The position numbers and the translations under genes are program-made. 64,000 nucleotides of DNA from Podospora anserina (taxonomy: Eukaryota). Position 1 is the stretch's first letter. Every line of letters starts with the position of its first letter. Positions 1 to 9,949 of this stretch are shown in pieces. The stretch covers positions 2,480,001 through 2,544,000 of the forward strand of contig CM030335.1 of NCBI GenBank assembly GCA_017654855.1, given 5' to 3'. The notes under the pieces are model-generated. The model was not told the origin of the DNA, did no database searches, and saw only the letters and a list, made by a program, of their open reading frames with translations.

Positions 1-1356
1 GTCCTCCAAATGCAGTCTATACTTGACCACCCCCTCCTTCGCCTCCTTGGACGCCCTCGTCACGGTCTTGAAGAAAATCCCCGTCTGAACCACCGGCTGG
101 CCCCCGTTGTACACCCCCGTCACGAACCCCGCCCCCTGAACCAGCGGGAACTGGATCACCGCCTGGCCCCCCTCTCGCGCCCTCAAGCTCACCAGGCTCG
201 AAAAGTCCGTCAGGTTGTCACTAGTCAACACCGTCCCCGGCCCGAGCTCCTTCGCGCTCAAGCACACCGAGTGGATCCCAATAGGATTGATGTAATACCT
301 CGCCGCTCCCGAACCAGGGTCGTTCTGCCCGTACACCCTCTGGTTAGCATCGACATGCGAAATGGCCATGCCCCACGTCCCCGAGGCACCACCTCCCCTC
401 GCCCAGGTGACACTGTAGGGAAACAGGTAACTGGGCGAGGTCTGATTCCCCAAGAAGAAATTATTGTAAAACTTGTTCGTCCCAATGGGACCAGCCGACT
501 TGATGCCGATCCTAGGGGCGGGGTGGTCCTTCCTCTGGGGGATCTGAGACGGGGGCGGGTCCGTAGAAATCGGCGCCGCGAAAATATTGGGGACAATCAT
601 GCTGACTGTTTCCGAGGGCGCGAACGGCTGATCGGTCGGAACCGAAGCCGTGGCAGAGATGAGCTCTGTCGGAGACGGGATAGGGGAAGTGATAAGCGGT
701 TGAGAGGTAGGATACCCGCTCGACGGAGCGTCGGTAGGAATGGTGCCCGTGTTGGTCGACTCGATAGGAACGTCCGTGGGCAGGATCTGAAGCGTTCCCG
801 AGGGGTTGACACTGGTGATAACACTGACAGTGTTGGTGTCACCGAGGTCAGTTGTCGATGTTGGTTGCGTGCTGCTAGTAGGAGAAGCTGGCTGTGTGAC
901 AACCTCAGGGGTTGGTGTCACTTCAGGGGCGACCTCGCCCGAGCCGGTGCTGCTGGCAGGTTGTTGACCAGAAGCGGGACTCGTCTCGTCCGAAAAGAGA
1001 GTCGTGTCCCCGTCAGGACTCTCCTCGGAAACGGCCTGGATAGTCTGCTCCGCCTCCGACCCCGAATCAGAACGTGTGCTGATGATGACCGAAGGACGTT
1101 CCGTTGTCCACCCAGGCGATCCAAAGAGGATAGAGTGGCTCCTCTTGCTGGCGGTAGAAGAGCTCGAATCTCCTGCCACCGCCACGCAAGCACCAGTAGC
1201 AGCTGCCGGTTGACCCTGAGCAGTGACGGTAACCGTCCTCCAGATCGGGAACCAAGGTCGTGGGTACTTCCGGCCGTCTGGTGGTGGGACAGCTAGGACG
1301 ACCTGAAGTAAGGTCAGCCACGCGAACAAAAAAAACCTCATCTTGGTGGTATCCAT
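1..1356 (-). CDS. Endo-1,3-beta-glucanase, GH81 family (Eng1/Acf2-like), N-terminal part; gene continues beyond the left edge
   Basis: Minus frame open from ATG 1356 (alternative 1341) to base 1; absent from the ORF track because its stop lies outside the window. Signal peptide MRFFLFAWLTLLQVVLA, Ser/Thr/Pro-rich linker, then GH81 N-domain-like sequence PIGTNKFYNNFFLG...YLFPYSV...YYINPIGIHSV...FPLVQGAGFVTGVY. Confidence 0.88.
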   Translation of the reverse strand, partial: MDTTKMRFFLFAWLTLLQVVLAVPPPDGRKYPRPWFPIWRTVTVTAQGQPAAATGACVAVAGDSSSSTASKRSHSILFGSPGWTTERPSVIISTRSDSGSEAEQTIQAVSEESPDGDTTLFSDETSPASGQQPASSTGSGEVAPEVTPTPEVVTQPASPTSSTQPTSTTDLGDTNTVSVITSVNPSGTLQILPTDVPIESTNTGTIPTDAPSSGYPTSQPLITSPIPSPTELISATASVPTDQPFAPSETVSMIVPNIFAAPISTDPPPSQIPQRKDHPAPRIGIKSAGPIGTNKFYNNFFLGNQTSPSYLFPYSVTWARGGGASGTWGMAISHVDANQRVYGQNDPGSGAARYYINPIGIHSVCLSAKELGPGTVLTSDNLTDFSSLVSLRAREGGQAVIQFPLVQGAGFVTGVYNGGQPVVQTGIFFKTVTRASKEAKEGVVKYRLHLED

Positions 1357-2425
1357 CCGCTCCACCATCGGTTGTGAATGAATGGAGATGTCGGATATGT
1401 TGGTAAAAAGAGAGAGGGAAAGAAAAGGAAATAGCCCTCGAAAAAGCCAGTGGTGGTTGACAGCAGAGTCCCAACCTGGCTATAAATGATGGAGAAAACA
1501 AAAAGTAGCAGTAATAATAATAACAAGGATGCTTTCCCGTCTGGAAAAGATGTCTTCCATGTGCGTCACTTGGGCTGGAAGACCCAAAACAAGAAATAGT
1601 AACAGGCGGTCTCTCCGTCACTGGTATGTACAGAGAGAGACAGATATGATACAAGCGAGATGATGTGATGATGGTGCGGGATAGTGAGTGTGCTGTCTTT
1701 GTGGAGGAGGACCCAGAAAAAAAAAATGAGACATTGGACCTCATACCTATTCGTTATATATATATATGGAGTCTCTATGTTTGCGTGTTGTCGTTGAACT
1801 GTGAGGCTGGAATGCTGAACCGAGAGTCAACGGAATGGCTGGGAGGCAAGGTCCTGGGTTTCAGCTGGCCAGCGAGACAGCTCTAGAAGGGCGAGAATGA
1901 CTCGATTCAGAAGGATGAGGGCGTCGTGGGCGGTTGTAGATGATGAAATTCGAGTGATCCAGGTATTTCGAGGGTTTTAGGTGGCGCTGTGGGAGGTGGC
2001 GGCGTGTAGTGATGCTGAAGGATGACGGTCGTCCAGAGCTAGATTATTGTAAACACGGTCAACAAAATAGAGTTGCGGCAGTCAATGATGATTTGCAGAT
2101 GAAAGGTAGCATTCCACTCGTCCCCCGAGCGGGAGTGGAACTTCTTCTTTGCGTGCTCTTGGTGCCTTCTCTCTCATCGGGCCTGGAGTGGAGCTACTAT
2201 TTGTAGATTCGCGAGGAAGGACGTCCCTGTCAGGCGATTCCCGAGCCGGTGGGGATGCGGATACGTCAGGGATTCAAGCTGCAACAGCTGCCATGTGGGA
2301 GGTTGGTATCACGACTTCAGACGGCGAAATGAATAAGAAAAATCAGACTCTTCACCAGATCACTCCTTCGGAAAACATAATGACTAAGGCCCAGCCCAGA
2401 CGCCAAGCCTGCAATGCCCAGGATG

Positions 2426-2445
2426 GAGAGAGAGAGAGAGAGAGA
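2426..2445. repeat. (GA)10 microsatellite
   Basis: Direct reading of the gagaga run. Confidence 0.9.
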
Positions 2446-2758
2446 ACATTTCAAGTGATCACCTCCCAAGGAAAAAAAGAAAAGAAGAAAAAGGTTGGGG
2501 CCGGAATGCTGGATGGTCACCTCCATCTCGAGTGTTGATGTTGATGAGATGGAAGAAGAAGGGTGCAAAAAACATGTGCGTGTTGCTGGTGACATTCATA
2601 GGATCAACGAGGGGTCAGGTTGGTGGTGGTAAGCTTCCTCTAGCAGTAATATCTCCCGAGTTATGGGGTAAGGGATACCAACAGTGCAGCCGAGCTGTCT
2701 GTAACGATGCAATGCTATTGTTGCAGTGTCTAGTTGTACATTGTGAGCTCTCACTCTT

Positions 2759-4689
2759 TTACCGACCCATAGAGTTGTATTTGCTTGTCACAGGAGAGCT
2801 CCTTGTGATAGGCTTTGTCACCCTCTCCAACCCAGTTAACCTCATCTTTCCCCTCACCAAAACCGGGCTCTCGGGCCTTTTAATGCTGCTCGAGCGCAGT
2901 GTGGTAGTCCCAGGCTCACACTTGTCTTCTTCTTGCAGCTGCTGATCAGACTGGGAATTTTGGGAGCTTTTCTCCACGAGAGCTCTCCTAGAACCCTGCC
3001 TTTCCAAACCTGTGATCCGAGCCTGACTGGGATCAGAGCTGTGCTGGCCCTGTTTCCGCGGTTCTAGCCCAGCGGCGCGATAATGGGTATTTGGCTGTTT
3101 CTCCAGGTCTCTGCTACGTTGCCTTTCAAGACCAGTCTTGTGACCAAGGTCTCCTGTGCGTTGACTTGCTGCTCTCTCGAGGCCAGTTTTATAAGGGCGG
3201 CTGCCGGTTGATATCACAGTGGCGTCTTCTGTCATGTCTTGCCTCTTTGGCCTGCTCGTCCTTTCCAGGCCGGTCTTTTGGGACCGACAAGCAGATGCAG
3301 GCGCCTGTTCAATCGTTCGGGAGCTCCTCTTTTCAAGACCAGTTGGCCGTGTTGTGCTCAGCGTCGTGTCGTCTGTGGCCTCCAATATGCTTGATTTCTC
3401 CAGCCCAGTCTTTCGGTGTTTGATTTCACGGACTGCTGGCCCGAGCTCTGCTTTCCTCAATAAGCTACGTCTTTCGAGACCAGTCAACTGGCTTGTGCTC
3501 AGAGCTGTATCATGGTCAGCAACCTCCAAGATGCTTGTCTTCTCCGGGCCAGTCTGGCGGGATCGAAGACTGCTAGGTATCGGATCCTGTGCTTTTGACC
3601 GAGTGCTTCGTCGTTCCGGTCCAGTTCTAAGCTGACTGTGACTTCCAGACATCGTCTCATCAAGATCTGGTCGCTCCAGCGGTTGTCTAAGCCGGGCTGC
3701 CGGCCGTCCTCCATCACCAACCGACGGACGCCGCGGTTCCAATCCCGTCTTCCGCCGACGACGGTCAGGGCTGCCGGACTCGTGATGCAGCACTTCCGCC
3801 CTCGTCGTTGCTCGCCGCTCGAGTCCTGTCCGGTGATGGTGAGAGTGGCGGCCATCCGTCGCCACCTCCGCCACCAGCACACCACCGCTCTTCGTGCCCT
3901 TTTCCAAACCGGTCTTGCGAGAGACCCGTGATGGCCTACCCTCTCCCTCCACCACTGTGTCTTCCTCGAGCTTCCTCCTCTTGCTTTCCCGCTCGAGCCC
4001 CGTCAGCTTCGATTTCTTGACTCTTCCTTCTTCTTCGCTCCTGAGCTTCCTGACCTCCTTCGGATCAACCACCCATGGTCGGCACAAGACCTCCTTCCTT
4101 AGCAAGGCAATCTTCTGCCAAAATACTGCCTCCTGCTCTGTCGTGCGTAGATGGGTGATCTTCTCGGCGCGAATTTGCCTCACATTGCGGAAGACGGATA
4201 TGCCACCTTTGATGTCGATTACGTGGCCGATATCAATTGGCCCATCGGTTTTAGGAAGAGGCTTCCCATCGGCTGAGGTATCGGGGTCTCTAGGGTTTTT
4301 GTAGTTGGTAACGGCTGGGTACTGGGGCGGGGTTGCGACAACACATTCAATGGTCGCACCGCTGCTGTCGTCAATGGTGTAGATTATCCTGTGGGCAAAT
4401 TCTTGTATGGCGACCACGACGCCGGCAATGCGCGCCCATTTTATGGGATGGTTGAGGTAGAAGTAGACATCTTGGCCTGGAGGGGAAGTTGGGTAAGCGA
4501 CGGTACGAGGAGGCTGCTGGCTGCAATTGTTTGCGACAATTGGTACACACCTTCGAAACCCGGGTTGAATGTCAAGGCTGCAATGTCTGTTGCCTGCAAG
4601 TGACACCAACGACCTGCTGTTGGCGACAGGTGGAAGCAGAACTGCGGGTAGAACTCCAACTCTGGTGACGCGCTGCCCGAGTCGGCCAT
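2759..4689 (-). CDS. STN1: Stn1-like OB-fold protein (CST telomere/replication complex) with long repetitive C-terminal tail; exons 4689-4551 and 4476-2759
   Basis: Intron 4477-4550 (GTGTGT...GCTTAC...CAG) joins FYPQFCFHLSPT...FEG to QDVYFYLNHPIKWARIAGVVVAI...YTIDDSSGATIECV...IRAEKITHLRTTEQEAVFW, typical of the Stn1/RPA32-type OB fold. Confidence 0.8.
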
Positions 4690-5229
4690 GGTCGATGTGG
4701 TAAAAGATGTAGATGGCTTCACCCAGTCTGGCACTATCCCTTGACTGCCTGATCAAAAGGAGGTAGATGCTGCACGCCCAACGTCATTGTTCAATGCTGG
4801 CAGGACGCGTGCCATTTTCCAAGAGCGCCGCAAGCCAGAAACCAACATTTGCCAAAGCCCAGATTGGTTGGCCAGGTGACGCCACCTGGCCAATCACAGC
4901 CCACCACTTGCCCTGGCGCAGCATATCTACCAGATGACCGACTGACGATGCCCTCCTTGATTAGAGAAAATTCAAGACATACATACATGAGAGATCCAAC
5001 GTCATGGGACTGGCGAGATCGGCCCGAAGTCTGGGGAAGTGGTCTCGTGTGCAGGACCGCGTTGAAAGAAAAAAGGCATCGCAGTGTTCTGCGGCTGATG
5101 TTGATTGTTCCCGTACAATAACCTACATGTGAACGCCTTGCTTATGTCCTGAATAGCATACCCATACCCGATGATCATTAGACGTCCAGTTCCCATGTTC
5201 CATCCTTCCTGGTGAACCGCATCAACCAA

Positions 5230-6165
5230 CTAAGCCTTCCTCTTCTTGGCCTTCTTCATCATATCCGCCTGCAGCTTCTGAAACGCCTCCTCATCGACAT
5301 CCGGCTCTTCCACCACCCTCTTCTTCCCTTTCTTCTCTGGCTTCGCCCCATACTTCTCCGCCAACTGATCAAACATGTTCATCCTATTCTTCTGATTCCT
5401 CTGAATCAGCGCTGCCAGCCCTGCCTGATCATCCTCCTTCTTCCCGCCCTTCTTCCCCTTCCCGGTCCCCCTCAGTTTATCATACACGCCCAATTCCTTC
5501 GCCAGTTCATCCGCCTCCTTTTCCTCCTTTTTCGCATTCTTCTGCCTTTGCTGTCGTGACTTTTTCGTCTCCCTGGTATAGTTCTTATAAGCCTCCACCT
5601 CCCCTTGTTCGATCGCCTCGTCAATTATCTTCCTGAACCTCTCCTCATCCTCGATAACATCGCTCAGCATCACACTCTCATACACCCCGTCCATATCACC
5701 CTCAAACTCCTCGTATGCCGCTAGTAAATCCTCCTTCTCCTCTTCGCTCCCCTTGTATTTCTCGCGGAACGCCTCGATGGCCTCTTCGGAGATGGCATCT
5801 TGGTATTGTGCGGCGTAGAACTCTGTCCAGCTGAAGCCTTCCGAGTCTACGACTGCTTCAGAGGTCGAGCCGGTTTCATCATAGCGCTTCCGACGGACGG
5901 GGTCGGAGAGGATGGCGTAGGCAAATGCGATTTCGAGGAACTTTTCCTTGGCAGAGGATTGATTCTCGGGAGTGGCTTTGTCTGGGTGGTGCTTGAGGGC
6001 TGATTTTCGATAGGCAGACTTTATTTGATCGAGGGTGGCATTACGCTCGAGGAAGAGGACCTCGTAGGGGTCAATGGTTGGGGGCTCGTCGGTGGTGAGG
6101 TCGTCGACTCTCTCGTCGTCGGACTCGGAGTCGGAGGGGAGGACTGGGCGTTTTGGGCGGGGCAT
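5230..6165 (-). CDS. DnaJ-domain protein, DNAJC9-like
   Basis: J domain DPYEVL...IKSAYRKSALKHHPDK...FLEIAFAYAILSDPVRRKRYDETG, followed by YKGSEEEKEDLLAAY and a C-terminal FDQLAEKYG motif as in the DNAJC9 family. Confidence 0.88.
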   Translation of the reverse strand: MPRPKRPVLPSDSESDDERVDDLTTDEPPTIDPYEVLFLERNATLDQIKSAYRKSALKHHPDKATPENQSSAKEKFLEIAFAYAILSDPVRRKRYDETGSTSEAVVDSEGFSWTEFYAAQYQDAISEEAIEAFREKYKGSEEEKEDLLAAYEEFEGDMDGVYESVMLSDVIEDEERFRKIIDEAIEQGEVEAYKNYTRETKKSRQQRQKNAKKEEKEADELAKELGVYDKLRGTGKGKKGGKKEDDQAGLAALIQRNQKNRMNMFDQLAEKYGAKPEKKGKKRVVEEPDVDEEAFQKLQADMMKKAKKRKA

Positions 6166-6480
6166 TTTGAATTGTGATGGGAGACAAAGAACTATTGTGA
6201 TGTCTTGAATTCGGTTGTCTGCTCCTGATGGTGGAATGTTTAATGGATTCCCAGCACACGTCGCGTCGCGTCAGCTGTCGGTGGTGGGACGTACACGGTG
6301 TCGCACATGCTATCTGCACTGTAATATCTGCCGCTGCCAAGCTAGATCTCAGGTGCCCCTCCAAGCTACCTGGTATCTTCCCACTCTTACACTGACAAGC
6401 TGGAAGCTCTCACGGAGCATCTCCTCCTCCCAGCCTCTCTTGCCAGCCAGAAAAAAAATAATCAATTCAATAGCCTCAAC

Positions 6481-6984
6481 ATGACCGACATCCAGCCCGC
6501 TGACCACAAAGGCTACATGCAGCTCGCGCTGGAGCAAGCCAAGAAATCACCACCAAAACCCACAAACTACCGGGTTGGTGCTGTCATCGTGGATACAGCC
6601 TCCAACGAGATCCTCGCAACTGGTTACACCTTGGAGCTTCCGGGTAACACCCATGCCGAACAGTGCTGTCTCCTGAAGCTGGCCGAGAAACATGGTGTCT
6701 CTGAAGAGAATCTGGGAGATGTCTTGCCGACAAACCTGGCCTTGTACACCACAGTCGAGCCATGCTCCAAGCGGCTGAGCGGGAACCTCCCCTGTGTGGA
6801 AAGAGTCAAGAGGCTGGCGGGTTGTATCAAGACAGTCCATGTCGGTATTTTGGAGCCCGAGACCTTTGTCGCCGAGAACACGGGCAAGAAGAGTCTCCAA
6901 GATGCAGGCATTCAAGTTGTTGCCGTTGAGGGCTTCGAGAAGGATATCCTCGAGGTTGCCACGGCCGGACATATCAAAAGCTGA
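6481..6984 (+). CDS. Cytidine/dCMP deaminase-fold protein, Rib2-type DRAP deaminase (riboflavin synthesis)
   Basis: Zn-binding motifs GNTHAEQCC and LYTTVEPCSKRLSGNLPC; resembles the deaminase domain of yeast Rib2. Confidence 0.8.
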   Translation: MTDIQPADHKGYMQLALEQAKKSPPKPTNYRVGAVIVDTASNEILATGYTLELPGNTHAEQCCLLKLAEKHGVSEENLGDVLPTNLALYTTVEPCSKRLSGNLPCVERVKRLAGCIKTVHVGILEPETFVAENTGKKSLQDAGIQVVAVEGFEKDILEVATAGHIKS

Positions 6985-7313
6985 CCGGGCCAACAAGGAC
7001 TTATACTCAGACCAGCTATCTCCCCAATCAGACTTGCGGGCTATTTCTTCTTCCTAGCATGGGAATCATAAACAATGGACCAGTAACTGTCCCGCATTTC
7101 AAACAAACAATGACGAGACAGGTCTCAGTTTCACGCCTCGGTGTTGGCATGGGGGAAGCAATATCACCACGGCTGCATACCAGTCTCACTTTTGATGATA
7201 CCCACCCACCACGTCGAGATCAGAGAGGAACGATACTATATATAAACCGCGTTTCACCACCCTTTTGTCTATTCTTGCAATGCTGTTGTTTCTGATGTGT
7301 GGTTATCGTCAGA

Positions 7314-8572
7314 ATGAAGGCATCGTGGCATACGCAAACACTACTATGGGCGGCAACCACCACAGCCCTGGTAGCCCGTGATCCTGAGCCATATCATTAT
7401 CAACCATGCAGTAAGTGCCCTCACTTCACAAATTTCAAACAACCGCTAATCTCCACACCTCAGCTGGGGATTACTGCTACGACGTCTCTTCTCTCGAACC
7501 ACGATTCTTCCCTGAGCTGGAGTCTGAACGCCTCCGAATCTCCTACGGCCCCTTCACCACCCCCCCATCTCACGAGAACAACGGCCATTTCAAAACCTAC
7601 TTCCGCACCAACCCCCCATGCTACGACTGCTACCTCACCGCCATCAAAGCCACCCTCCAGTACCCCAACGGCACAACCGCCAACACAAACACCTCCCTCT
7701 GGCTGCACCACGTAGCAATCATGAACCTAGTCCAGTCCTCCACCACCTGCCCAGACGGAGCAGAGATCGTATTCGCGAGCGGGAATGAGAGGACCGAGGC
7801 AAAGATCTCGCTTGATGGGACGGTATCCGCGGGGTATTACATCAACCCCCACGATCTGTTGTTCCTCTTGCCTGAACTGATGAACACAGCCCACATCACA
7901 CAGGAAGCGGTCATTGCGGTTGATTATGAGTTTGTTACTTTGTCCGATCTGTCTGTTGAGGCTGGAATGAAGAAGGTCACGCCGGTATGGCTGGATGTAG
8001 ACGGGACTTGCTCGCCTGATGCGGGAGCTGTCACGGTGCCGAAGGGGGTAGGGGAGAGGTTTAGTCTGGAGATGGAGCCGGATTGGAGGAGTGATATAAG
8101 TGGGGATATTGTGTATGTCGTGGGGCATGTCCACGATGGGGGGACGGGGGTGGAGGTGAGGAGGAATGGGAAGGTTGTTTGTGATGGGAGGGCGAAGTAT
8201 GGGGAGACGGAGGGGTATATCTCTGACGAAGGTCATTCAGGAGGCTACGGGTATGGAGATGATGGTCGTGTTGATAGAAGGCAGCGGAGAGCTCTAGGGA
8301 AAGGGAAGAGCAGGGGGAAGAAAAAGGGAAAAGGCAAGGGGACAGTGCCTGATTATGATGATGGTGACGAGGAGCTTTCCACTCCTCCGAGACAGGGTCT
8401 TCACATCTCCAGTATCAGCACTTGCACCCTCCCAGGCCGGATCGAAAAGGGAGACGAGTGGACTGTCGAGGCAAACTATGACTTTACGAAGCACGCGCCG
8501 ATGGTACACGGGGGAGGGTTGGCGCCGGTGATGGGGATAAGTCTGATGTATGTTGTAGAAGATGGGCAGTGA
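7314..8572 (+). CDS. Secreted uncharacterised protein with PHM/copper-monooxygenase-like His/Met motifs; exons 7314-7410 and 7464-8572
   Basis: Signal-like N-terminus MKASWHTQTLLWAATTTALVA. Intron 7411-7463 (GTAAGT...GCTAAT...CAG) restores the frame. Motifs WLHHV, GHVHDGG and PVMGI. Confidence 0.7.
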
Positions 8573-8908
8573 GTTTCGAGTTCCAGATTCCCAAAAGCAT
8601 CGAGATACCATAAGGTACCTATGCAAGGAACATGTTCCTGCTTACATATTTGATTGTGACTGGTCTACACAACCAACTTGGCAGGCAGTCAGCACCAACA
8701 CAATACAATGATACAACCATCATCAAAAGTACCATATCCGCGAGAAACGATTGGCCAGCCAGAAACTCAAGACCGACTCGTCCAACCACATTCTCACACC
8801 TCATGATCCTCACAGCCACATTTCCTCTCTCATATATCCTGAGCACCCCGCTCCTCCTACCCATTGTTCTCAAATCCCACCATCTCCCAGTTCATTACCA
8901 CCACCAAC

Positions 8909-9802
8909 ATGGTACCCCTAAGCAACCCAATCTGGTACATCCTCGAAAACTACATTTACGCCCTCCCCCCTCCCCCCCCTCGCATCCGCACAAAACCCCT
9001 AGAAGTAATCTGCGTCGGCCTCCCCAGAAGCGGCACCGAATCCCTCCAGCACGCCCTCCTCACCCTCGGCTACGACCACACCTACCACGGCTGGGACATC
9101 ATCTACGAAGAACCGAACTACGCCCAAGAATGGGTCAAGCTCTGCCGCAAGAAATGGTTCGGCCCCCCTTCCGGCCGCACAACCTTCACCCCCCTCGACT
9201 TTGACCCCCTCATCGGCCACTCCACCGCCCTCACCGACGCCGCCGCCTCCGTTTTCGCCGCCGAGCTCATCCAAGCCTACCCCTCCGCAAAAGTAATCCT
9301 CAACCACCGCCCGGACGAAGACGCCTGGCACAACAGCATCTCCACCACCATTGCCCGCGGCGAGTCCCTCTGGCACCTCTGGCTCATGTCCTGGACTTCG
9401 GGACCCTGTTTCTGGAGCTGGCACGTCTATCTTCGTTTCATGTGGCCTGGTTTGTTTAGGTGTTTGGACGGGAATGTGGAAAGGGGTGTCAAAGGAAATG
9501 GGAGGTGGGTGGCTAGGGAACATTACGCCATGGTTCGGGGGTTGGTACCCAAGGAGAGGCTGCTGGAGTGGAGCGTGGAGGATGGGTGGGGGCGGCTTTG
9601 CGAGTTTTTGGACAAGGAGGTTCCGAAGGAGGAGTTTCCTCATGTTAATGCTGCCAAGGGGTGGGTTGGGCATGAGAGGAGGTTGGCGAGGAGGTATATA
9701 CTGGGGGCGTTGAGGAATCTGGGGGTGGGGGTGGGGGTTGTGGTTGGGTTGTGGTATCTTTGCAAAGTAATATTGGGGTTGAGGGTGATGATGGCTGTTT
9801 GA
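8909..9802 (+). CDS. P-loop sulfotransferase-like protein (Sulfotransfer_4 type) with C-terminal hydrophobic segment
   Basis: VICVGLPRSGTESLQHAL..LGY..TYHG, AELIQAYPSAKVIL and VPKERLLEW...DGW..LCEFL...FPHVN; first in-frame ATG at 8909. Confidence 0.82.
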   Translation: MVPLSNPIWYILENYIYALPPPPPRIRTKPLEVICVGLPRSGTESLQHALLTLGYDHTYHGWDIIYEEPNYAQEWVKLCRKKWFGPPSGRTTFTPLDFDPLIGHSTALTDAAASVFAAELIQAYPSAKVILNHRPDEDAWHNSISTTIARGESLWHLWLMSWTSGPCFWSWHVYLRFMWPGLFRCLDGNVERGVKGNGRWVAREHYAMVRGLVPKERLLEWSVEDGWGRLCEFLDKEVPKEEFPHVNAAKGWVGHERRLARRYILGALRNLGVGVGVVVGLWYLCKVILGLRVMMAV

Positions 9803-9898
9803 AAGTTTTGGTGCTTGATCATGTTCGACCATGATGTCTATATCCTGCTGCCTTATTCTACCACCCCCTTGTGACCTCCCTGTGATTACGCTGCCCAC

Positions 9899-9920
9899 AT
9901 ATATATATATATATATATAT
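9899..9920. repeat. (AT)11 microsatellite between convergent genes
   Basis: Direct reading. Confidence 0.9.
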
Positions 9921-9949
9921 ACACCATCCCTTGCACCACCTCCACTCAC

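Noticed and set aside
10-1296. 428-aa plus-strand ORF
   Set aside because: Antisense shadow of the GH81 gene; the minus frame has the signal peptide and family motifs.
4690-4756. ORF-track N-terminus of the 665-aa ORF (MIRQSRD...)
   Set aside because: Reads through an intron in the wrong frame; the conserved N-terminus starts at ATG 4689.
6481-9802. Deaminase, copper-like protein and sulfotransferase-like gene as a biosynthetic cluster
   Set aside because: No backbone enzyme, transporter or regulator; the deaminase fits primary riboflavin metabolism.
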